Made by a program: the position numbers and the translations under genes | Part shown: one piece after another, positions 8,854-15,808 of the stretch | How the letters are laid out: each line of letters begins with the position of its first letter | How positions within the stretch are numbered: position 1 is the stretch's first letter | The notes under the pieces: generated by a model | Seen by the model: only the letters and a program-made list of their open reading frames with translations | What the model was told of the DNA's origin: nothing | Databases searched by the model: none | DNA from: a virus | Virus record (IMG/VR): IMGVR_UViG_3300037466_003379 | Coordinates: 32,001 to 96,000 of that record | Direction: 5' to 3' (one strand) | Length of the DNA stretch: 64,000 nt

Positions 8854-8890
8854 TGTTGCACTGCAACACTGCAACACGGAGCGGTATAAT
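8854..8890 (+). promoter_or_regulatory. Second centromere-like repeat cluster abutting a TATAAT -10 box
   Basis: TGTTGCAC TGCAACAC TGCAACAC (8854-8877), then TATAAT at 8885-8890. Confidence 0.65.
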
Positions 8891-8896
8891 GGCCCA

Positions 8897-8993
8897 GCGT
8901 GACTAGCCCTAGCGCGGAACCCAGATCCGACCTTCTCGCGCAGTCACTCCAGGACCACTCGGCCCCGGCCTCTACGGAGGTCGGGGCCTTTTC
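8897..8993 (+). ncRNA. Candidate small structured RNA / attenuator leader
   Basis: Starts just after TATAAT; GTGACT/AGTCAC and GCGCGGAA/TTCTCGCGC pairings; ends in the hairpin GGCCCCGGCCTC-TACG-GAGGTCGGGGCC-TTTT. Confidence 0.4.
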
Positions 8994-9114
8994 GTTAGCG
9001 GCCGTAACCAACCGCCCACAGCGGACGATCAACTACCCGAACGCCGCCCGAGCCGTTGACACCCCCAGCGGCCCGAAGCGTGCTCCCCGGCACCTGAAAG
9101 TGAGTTACCCCCCG

Positions 9115-10659
9115 ATGGCTCACCCTGCTCTGCCCATGCCCGAACGCGCCGAATCCCCGTCCGGCCGCCACCACCGCCCCGAGATCTCCATCCCGGCCCA
9201 GCGCGCCGCGGCCGAGGACATCACCCAGGCGATCCCGAAGGTCCGCGCCGACTGGCGCGAGGCGCCCACTACGCGCTTCCCAGCCGTCCAGCGGCTGGTC
9301 GAGGTGACCCGCGCGCTGCCGCGCGTCCCTCGCGGCGTCGCGCTGCGCCGGCCGAACCTGGAGACCGAGGTGACGGTCAAGGCGAACCCGTGGCTCGTCG
9401 CCTTCCTGTTCGCCGTCGTCGGCGCCGCCGCAGCCGCATGGTTCTCGTGGCGCGGAGCCCCGTCCTGGTCGATCTACGGCATCGCCGTCTCGGTCCTCCT
9501 CGGCGCGAAGCTGCTGCTGTCGCTGCTCCCGCCGCCCCGCTGGGAGCCCGCCCCCGAGGGGAAGCGGGTCTGCGTCGTCGTCCCGATCTTCAACGAGGAC
9601 CCCGAGATCCTCGCCCGCTGCCTCGCCTCGATCGACGCCCAGACTTACCAGCCGACCCACGTCCGGATCATCGACGACGGCTCCTCCGCCCCCGAGGCCC
9701 ACAACTACGCGATCCAGTGGGCGATGGACCGCGCCAACGCCCGCGTGATCTTCCAGCACAACGCCGGCAAGCGTGAGGCGATGGGGCAGGCGTTCCGCGA
9801 GCTCGGCGAGCAGGTCGACCTGTTCGTGTGCGTCGACTCCGACACGGTCCTCGAGCCCGAGGCCATCCGCGAGGGCCTCGCCCCGTTCTCGGACCCGCGC
9901 ACCGCCGCCGTCACCGGCACCGTCGTCGCCCTCAACCAGGACCGCGGCCTGCTGCCCGGCCTGCTCGACCTGCGGTACGTCAACGCCTTCCTCTACGAGC
10001 GGGCCGCCTACAGCCGCCTCGGCTCCGTCCTCTGCGTGTGCGGCTCCCTGGCGATCTGGCGGGCGGACATCGTCCGCGCCCACCTCGACGACTTCCTCGG
10101 CCAGCAGTTCCTGGGGGAGCCCTGCTCGTACGGCGACGACCGGCACTTGACGAACCTGTCGCTACTGCACGGCCGCGTCGTCCTCGCGCACAAGGCGATC
10201 GCGCGCACCGCCGTGCCAGAGAAGGGCGGGCACCTGATCCGCCAGCAGGTCCGGTGGGGCCGCTCCTTCTTCCGCGAGTCCCTGTGGGCGCTGCGGAACC
10301 TGGGGCCGAAGCGCGCCGCCTGGTGGCTGTCCGCCCTGGAGTCCGTGTCCTGGGCCGGGTTCACCGTCGGCATGATGTTGTCCCTGTTCGTCCTGCCGGC
10401 GATCAGCGGGCAGGCTCACTGGCTGGACTACCTGGGCTGGGTGTTCCTCGCCGGGTACGGCCGCTCGGTGCACGTCTTCTCGGTGCGGCGCACCAGCTGG
10501 GCGCGCTGGCGGCAGGCCGCGATCTTCCTCCTCGCCCCGGCCTACGGGATGATCCACGTCCTCGTGCTGCTGCCGCTGCGGCTCTACTCCCTCGCCACGC
10601 TCCGCGCGACGAGCTGGGGCACCCGCTCCGGCGGCGTCGAGGTCGCCGAGACGGCCTGA
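9115..10659 (+). CDS. Processive GT2 glycosyltransferase, class I hyaluronan synthase/NodC-like
   Basis: PIFNED, IDDGS, NAGKR, VDSDT, CVCGSLAIWR, YGDDRHLTN, QQVRWGRSFFRE, terminal WGTR; 2 N-terminal and several C-terminal TM segments. Start uncertain (ORF open from 8899). Confidence 0.9.
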   Translation: MAHPALPMPERAESPSGRHHRPEISIPAQRAAAEDITQAIPKVRADWREAPTTRFPAVQRLVEVTRALPRVPRGVALRRPNLETEVTVKANPWLVAFLFAVVGAAAAAWFSWRGAPSWSIYGIAVSVLLGAKLLLSLLPPPRWEPAPEGKRVCVVVPIFNEDPEILARCLASIDAQTYQPTHVRIIDDGSSAPEAHNYAIQWAMDRANARVIFQHNAGKREAMGQAFRELGEQVDLFVCVDSDTVLEPEAIREGLAPFSDPRTAAVTGTVVALNQDRGLLPGLLDLRYVNAFLYERAAYSRLGSVLCVCGSLAIWRADIVRAHLDDFLGQQFLGEPCSYGDDRHLTNLSLLHGRVVLAHKAIARTAVPEKGGHLIRQQVRWGRSFFRESLWALRNLGPKRAAWWLSALESVSWAGFTVGMMLSLFVLPAISGQAHWLDYLGWVFLAGYGRSVHVFSVRRTSWARWRQAAIFLLAPAYGMIHVLVLLPLRLYSLATLRATSWGTRSGGVEVAETA

Positions 10660-10664
10660 GAACG

Positions 10665-10710
10665 ACGAAGAGGCCCCCGGCCGCCGTGTGGCGGCCGGGG
10701 GCCTCTTCGT
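10665..10710. terminator. Bidirectional intrinsic terminator between convergent genes
   Basis: Perfect 21-bp stem ACGAAGAGGCCCCCGGCCGCC / GGCGGCCGGGGGCCTCTTCGT. Confidence 0.85.
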
Positions 10711-11787
10711 TCAGCGCTCGTACTCGATGCCCAGGTGCAGGCCGCCCGGTGCCGCGTAGCGGGCCACGAGGAACGTGCACCAGCCCGGGAGCGGCTGCGC
10801 GGGCAGCGACAGGTTCCCGATCAGCGGAGCGTTCACCACCAGGTTCTTCACCTGCGGCGTCCGGTAGGTGATGTCGGTGAAGTAGAAGACCCGCAGGTAC
10901 TCCAGGAACCCGGACGGCTTGAGACGACCCGTCGAGTCCACGGCTTCCTGGCCACCGGCCCATCCGCACGTGATGCTCGAGACCGAGCCGTTCCCGCGCC
11001 AGCCTCCGCCGCCTGGCACCGCCGGGACGAGCGCGCTGTGGACCTCGCCGGAGCGCGGCCACTGGGCGGGGTCGAGGTCCTGCCACCGGCCACCGGCCGG
11101 GTCGGCCGGGTAGTCGGTGGCGGGGAAGCTGATGAGCGCCACGGCGTCCTCCGAGCTGCGGCCCGCCGGACCGGCGGGCGATGGTTGTGGGGGAGCGAAG
11201 GCCGGGTACTGGCCGTAGTTGTCGGCCCGGATCTGGTCGACGTCGCACTGGACGCCGCCCACGTTCGTTGTGCCGACCTGCTGGTAGAGCTGGGAGCGGT
11301 CGTCGATGTGCCCGTACTGCCATCCGGCGGCGGACCAGCCGAAGGTGGCGTAGCCGCGGTCCAGGGCGTCGGAGATGACGGAGCGGCCGCCGTAGACGCC
11401 GAGCTTCGCGACGCCGACGACGGAGCCACAGCCGTCCGCGTAGGCGCGGGCCAGCGGGAGATCCTTCGTGACGACGTCCTCGTCGAAGGCGAAGTACACG
11501 CAGCCGACCCGCCCCCAGTCGAGCCCGAGGTCGGCGAGGTGCGCCTTCACTGCCTGGGCGTCAGCGACCCCGCGAGCTCGGCCGCCGCGCCACGACCCGG
11601 TGGTGTCCTCGTAGACGAGGATCAGCTCCAGCCCGTTCGCGAGGTAGTCGGACACCTGCTCGGCGCTGGGCGCCTTCCGCCGGCCCGGGGTGCCCACGTA
11701 GAGCGCGATCGCCCGATAGCCCGCGGCGCGGACCTGGGCGCCGGTCGGATGGCCGACGCAGTCGATCGCGAGGCCGACGACGCTCAC
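10711..11787 (-). CDS. Endolysin, DUF1906 (GH25-like TIM barrel) with C-terminal domain
   Basis: GLELILVYE, RGVADA, VYFAFDED, LGVYGG, GGVQCDVD; last gene of the late operon near the holin. Confidence 0.8.
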   Translation of the reverse strand: MSVVGLAIDCVGHPTGAQVRAAGYRAIALYVGTPGRRKAPSAEQVSDYLANGLELILVYEDTTGSWRGGRARGVADAQAVKAHLADLGLDWGRVGCVYFAFDEDVVTKDLPLARAYADGCGSVVGVAKLGVYGGRSVISDALDRGYATFGWSAAGWQYGHIDDRSQLYQQVGTTNVGGVQCDVDQIRADNYGQYPAFAPPQPSPAGPAGRSSEDAVALISFPATDYPADPAGGRWQDLDPAQWPRSGEVHSALVPAVPGGGGWRGNGSVSSITCGWAGGQEAVDSTGRLKPSGFLEYLRVFYFTDITYRTPQVKNLVVNAPLIGNLSLPAQPLPGWCTFLVARYAAPGGLHLGIEYER

Positions 11788-12194
11788 CGATCACCGTCCT
11801 GGGTCGTGGCCGGCGGAGCGGCCGTCAGCTGCGGGCAGTAGTAGACGGCGCCGCTGTCGGTGGCGTAGCAGTCGCCGACCTTCACGCCGACGTGGATGTG
11901 CACGACCGGCGCCGGGACGGCGACGACCTCGTGCTGCACGACCGGGGCGACCTCGCCGACCGGGGTCGCGAGCCGCACGGTCGGGGCCGCGTCCGGGCGG
12001 CCCTGCCACAGCCCGAGGTCGGCGCCGAGGAAGGCGACGGACACGAGCGCCAGCAGCACCAGTCCAGCGGCGCCACCAGCGAGCAGATGAGGGGGCCGGA
12101 GGCTCCGCGACGCGAAACCCCGGCGGGAGTGCCTGGGGGACAACTGGGCCGCCTTCCGGAGGGGTTGGGGCCGTCGGGTCCGCGCCCTCTCCAC
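11784..12194 (-). CDS. Single-TM lysis-cassette protein
   Basis: One TM segment, two Cys at the C-terminus, coupled to the endolysin start; start uncertain. Confidence 0.5.
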   Translation of the reverse strand: MERARTRRPQPLRKAAQLSPRHSRRGFASRSLRPPHLLAGGAAGLVLLALVSVAFLGADLGLWQGRPDAAPTVRLATPVGEVAPVVQHEVVAVPAPVVHIHVGVKVGDCYATDSGAVYYCPQLTAAPPATTQDGDR

Positions 12195-12221
12195 ACGGAC
12201 CCGACGGCGATCATGGGACGC

Positions 12222-12602
12222 CTACTCGGCGGCGGCCGCGGCGGAGAGCACCGCGATCTGGGCTGCCGTCTGCCCGGAGGCGGGAACGGCGGGGAACTCG
12301 ACGGTCGCCGGACCGGACGGCGCCGCAGGTACGTTGCCGACGGCGACGTCCGCGGGGGCGACCACGGTCGGTGCGACCGGGGCCGCTGGTGGGGCCTGGG
12401 CGCCGGCCAGCGCGGAGATCCGCACCCCGGCGACCTTGAGCAGGCACAGCAACGCGGCCGTGCCGCCCCCGGCGAGCGCGGCCCGCCAGTCGAACGTGTG
12501 CAGCTCGACCGCTGTCCCTCCGGCGGTGATTGCGCCGGCGAGGGACTGCACGAACGTCCAGCCGACGCGCTCGGCCAGGTCGATCCACGGCTTGGTGGTC
12601 AT
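12222..12602 (-). CDS. Holin (r1t-like)
   Basis: WIDLAERVGWTFVQSLAG...DWRAALAGG. Confidence 0.8.
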   Translation of the reverse strand: MTTKPWIDLAERVGWTFVQSLAGAITAGGTAVELHTFDWRAALAGGGTAALLCLLKVAGVRISALAGAQAPPAAPVAPTVVAPADVAVGNVPAAPSGPATVEFPAVPASGQTAAQIAVLSAAAAAE

Positions 12603-13039
12603 GACGGGTCGGGCTCCTTCCGGGGTGCCGTCCGCCGCCTGCGAGGCTTCGGCGCGGCCGGGGGCTCTGGGGTGTCGAACAGGCCTTCGGGGATCACCCC
12701 GTCGGGCACGGACACGGCCGGGGCCGGGGGGACGTCGCCGCCGAGGCCGCGGATCCGGTCGATGAGGGTCCGCAGGTATTCCCGCAGCCAGGCGATCTCT
12801 GCGCGCAGCGCGTTCTCCCGGCGGGCGAACTTCGCGCGCTCGGTCTCGACCAGCCCGGACCAGTAGGCGACTTCCTCCCGCAGCACGGGCAGTAGGGAGA
12901 CGGCGGTCTTCACGGCGTCGGCGTCGGACTTCGACCGGGCCGCGCGGCGCTTCGCTCCGATGGTGAACAGGGCCGAGATCCCGGCCGCGCCACCGAGTGC
13001 ACCGAACACCTGGCTGGCCTGGTCGGCGATTCCGCTCAC
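12599..13039 (-). CDS. Lysis-cassette membrane/coiled-coil protein
   Basis: N-terminal TM, coiled coil, Pro-rich tail. Confidence 0.7.
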   Translation of the reverse strand: MSGIADQASQVFGALGGAAGISALFTIGAKRRAARSKSDADAVKTAVSLLPVLREEVAYWSGLVETERAKFARRENALRAEIAWLREYLRTLIDRIRGLGGDVPPAPAVSVPDGVIPEGLFDTPEPPAAPKPRRRRTAPRKEPDPS

Positions 13040-13497
13040 GGGCTTTCTCCGAGCTCAGGTGGAGGGCGCAGCTTCTCCACCCGGTAGTCGAGCGAGTGCG
13101 AGATGTGCAGCACGGCGACGGCGAAGTAGACGATCGGCCCGGTCAGGGCTGCGTGCGGGTCGTGCCGGACGGCCTCGATGAGCGCGATTGACCACAGCAG
13201 GTACAGGACGCCGCCGAAGGTGAACGCCCAGCGCAGCGGCCGGAGCCCGGCACCACGCCCGGCGAGCATCGACGCCGCGAGCGCCCCGAACACCAGCCCC
13301 CAGGTCGTGGCGCCGCCGTACTGGCGGATCACCGCGAAGGACGGGCCTGCGACGCGGAGCGGGTCCCCGGCGAGCAGCACCCACGCCATTCCCGTCGCGG
13401 CGGCGCCGAGCGCGAGCCAGCCGCGGCGCAGGACGTCCTTCTCGTCCCACACGGCATCCACGTCCGGGGCGACGTCGAGCACCCGGGGGAGCTTCAC
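13036..13497 (-). CDS. Four-TM membrane protein (lysis cassette)
   Basis: Hydrophobic pattern; GTGA coupling. Confidence 0.7.
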   Translation of the reverse strand: MKLPRVLDVAPDVDAVWDEKDVLRRGWLALGAAATGMAWVLLAGDPLRVAGPSFAVIRQYGGATTWGLVFGALAASMLAGRGAGLRPLRWAFTFGGVLYLLWSIALIEAVRHDPHAALTGPIVYFAVAVLHISHSLDYRVEKLRPPPELGESP

Positions 13498-13970
13498 TGG
13501 GTGGCCACCGGGGTGACGGGCGGCCGCGGGGCCGGAACGACCGTGGCGACCTGCCAGTCGTAGTCACCCCGCAGGCAGCTCCGGCTGTCCGGATGCCGGT
13601 TCGGCCAGGCGATCTCGACGACCCGGTAGTGGGTGCCGCCGAGCTCGATCTCCTGGCCCTCGATCAGCGGCGCCGGTAGCGCTGTCTCGGCGAGCCGGGC
13701 GCCCGTCTCGTCGACGACCCGCACCTTCGCGGGCGGGGTGCCGTCGACGAGACGGATCCCCTCGACCGCCGTCGCGACCTCCGGTTCGGACTCCACGACC
13801 AGCTCAGCGGAGGCGCCGTCCTCGGCGACGACGACGTCGAGCAGCGTGTGCTGCCAGGTCGGGTCGAGGCCGGGCAGGGTGATCCGGGTGCGGAGCAGCC
13901 CGTCGAACGAGTCGGGATTGAACAGGCCGGGGCCGTCCGCGTAGACGGTCACGCGCGTCGTGAGGGTCAT
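13494..13970 (-). CDS. Hypothetical phage protein
   Basis: Coding-like ORF within the operon. Confidence 0.65.
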   Translation of the reverse strand: MTLTTRVTVYADGPGLFNPDSFDGLLRTRITLPGLDPTWQHTLLDVVVAEDGASAELVVESEPEVATAVEGIRLVDGTPPAKVRVVDETGARLAETALPAPLIEGQEIELGGTHYRVVEIAWPNRHPDSRSCLRGDYDWQVATVVPAPRPPVTPVATQ

Positions 13971-13983
13971 CTCGGGGGGCCTT

Positions 13984-14562
13984 TCAGGAGTACGGGGCGT
14001 CCCAGGCGACGACCATCCAGGTCCCGCCGAGCGCGGTGTCCGACGACAGGGAGGCGCCGGTGTTCTGCAGCGCGCCGCCGCGGATCACGGTCCCGGCGGT
14101 GAACCGCTCGTAGAGGTGGGCCTCGACGTACACGTGCCCCGAGGCGGCCATGACCTCGTCGCCCATCGCGGCGATGTTCCCGGGGTTCGACGTGCCGTTG
14201 ACCATGATCGCGGCGCAGCGGATCCCGGAGGAGCCGGACACGAAGCCGACGTGCAAGCAGATCTCGTACCAGCCCGCCGTCTGGATCGTGACCGTCGTGC
14301 CGCCGGCGGTCGCCATGCTGTCGGTGTCGAGGACCTCGTTGTCCCACGTGATCGTGTTCGGGGTCGATGTGATCGAGCCCGTCGCGAAGTTGTGCGCGTT
14401 GCTGGTCAGGTAGCACATCGGCTTCGTGGACGCCCCCGAGGCGAGGGTGCGGCCCAGCGTGTTCTGCGCCAGCGTGTCGACGTTCGTGCGCAGGTTCGAC
14501 AGGTCCGTCGCGGTGACGAGGACGCCGTCGGTGAAGGTCGGGGGAGCGGACAGCGCCGACAT
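13984..14562 (-). CDS. Tail-tip/receptor-binding-like protein, paralog 3
   Basis: PTFTDG...DLSNLRTNVDTLAQ...TKP...IQTAGWY...GTWM..WDAPY. Confidence 0.8.
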   Translation of the reverse strand: MSALSAPPTFTDGVLVTATDLSNLRTNVDTLAQNTLGRTLASGASTKPMCYLTSNAHNFATGSITSTPNTITWDNEVLDTDSMATAGGTTVTIQTAGWYEICLHVGFVSGSSGIRCAAIMVNGTSNPGNIAAMGDEVMAASGHVYVEAHLYERFTAGTVIRGGALQNTGASLSSDTALGGTWMVVAWDAPYS

Positions 14563-14575
14563 CGGGGCTCCTCGG

Positions 14576-15166
14576 TCAGTAGGGGGCGTGCCAGGCGCAC
14601 GTCCACCACGTGCCCCAGGAGCCGACGGAGTTGTTCGTGGTGAGGTTCAGCGACGCCCCGGAGTTCTGAAAGACGCCGACGTAGAGCGACGCCCCGGCCT
14701 GCAGGTGCTCGTAGGCCACGACCTGGTGGTGGTAGGCGCTGGTGGAGCCCAGGTTCTGCGTCGTCGTCGCGACGACGTTCAGCGGGTCCGCGATGCCGTT
14801 GATGAGGATCTGCACGACCCGCTCGGACGCGGCCGCGGACGCCCACCACGCCTGGGCCATGATCCGGTACCAGCCAGGCGTCTGGATCACCATGTGATCG
14901 GCGGGGGAGCCCGGCCACATGCCGTCGTTGTCGAAGACGACGTTATTCCAGGTGACGATCTGGTTCGTGCCGCCCGCCCCGGTCGGGACGGAGAAGTTGC
15001 TGGTCAGGTTGACCTTGCAGATCGGCTTCGTGGAGTAGCCCGCCGAGGCGGGCTTGCCCAGCAGGTTCTGCGACAGCGCGTCGAGGTTGAAGGACAGCCG
15101 GTTCAAGTCGGCCTGTCCGACGAGCGTGCCGTCGACGAACGTCGGGTTGGCGATGGTGGCGGGCAC
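14576..15166 (-). CDS. Tail-tip/receptor-binding-like protein, paralog 2
   Basis: PTFVDG...DLNRLSFNLDALSQ...TKP...IQTPGWY...WGTWW..WHAPY. Confidence 0.8.
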   Translation of the reverse strand: MPATIANPTFVDGTLVGQADLNRLSFNLDALSQNLLGKPASAGYSTKPICKVNLTSNFSVPTGAGGTNQIVTWNNVVFDNDGMWPGSPADHMVIQTPGWYRIMAQAWWASAAASERVVQILINGIADPLNVVATTTQNLGSTSAYHHQVVAYEHLQAGASLYVGVFQNSGASLNLTTNNSVGSWGTWWTCAWHAPY

Positions 15167-15184
15167 GCCGGCCTCCGCTCTCGA

Positions 15185-15793
15185 TCAGTAGGGGGCTTCG
15201 TAGGTGACCGACATCCATGTCCCCCACGCGGAGGAGGAGGCGGCCGCGGTCGCCTGGGGGAGCAGGTTCAGCGCAGCGCCCGATGCCTGGTAGGTGCGGC
15301 CGAGGATGTTCGTGTTGAAGGCGGCGTGCACCCACGCCGAGACCTGCAGCCGCTGGTTGTTGTTGATCCGCATCAGGGTGTTGTGGGTGGCGACGACGTT
15401 GGCGTTCGCGGTGCCGTTGACGCAGATCGAGATGGCGCGCTCGGACGGGGCGAGAGCGCCCGGGTCCGACTGGAAGTCGTATGCCACCTGGAGCTCGACG
15501 CGGTACCAGCCGGGGGTGAGGATCAGGAACGTCGTCCCGACGTTGATCGAGAAGTGGTGGTCGGAGTCCACCTCTTCGAGGTCCCAGTTGATCACCGTGT
15601 CTGTGGCGTTCAAGATCGACTGAGTGTTCAGGAGCCGCGCCTTCGTCGCGGGCCTCTGGGTCGCCCCATCGGACAGCGGGTGCGCCGTCCCGAGCTGGGC
15701 GATCGTGTCGAGGTTCGTCGCGATCGTCTGCAGGTTCGCCGCCGTGGGCACCGTGCCGTTTGTGAAGCTCGGGATGCTGCTCAGCGACGGCAC
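15185..15793 (-). CDS. Tail-tip/receptor-binding-like protein, paralog 1
   Basis: PSFTNG...NLQTIATNLDTIAQ...QRP...ILTPGWY...WGTWM..YEAPY. Confidence 0.8.
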   Translation of the reverse strand: MPSLSSIPSFTNGTVPTAANLQTIATNLDTIAQLGTAHPLSDGATQRPATKARLLNTQSILNATDTVINWDLEEVDSDHHFSINVGTTFLILTPGWYRVELQVAYDFQSDPGALAPSERAISICVNGTANANVVATHNTLMRINNNQRLQVSAWVHAAFNTNILGRTYQASGAALNLLPQATAAASSSAWGTWMSVTYEAPY

Positions 15794-15808
15794 GGTGCCC
15801 CTCCAGGC

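Noticed and set aside
8899-9114. 72-aa N-terminal extension of the GT2 synthase
   Set aside because: It crosses a terminator hairpin with a U-tract; ATG 9115 has a plausible RBS. Not fully excluded.
13984-15793. Diversity-generating retroelement or shufflon acting on the three paralogs
   Set aside because: No reverse transcriptase, no near-identical TR/VR pair and no inverted crossover repeats were seen; all three genes are full length and co-oriented.
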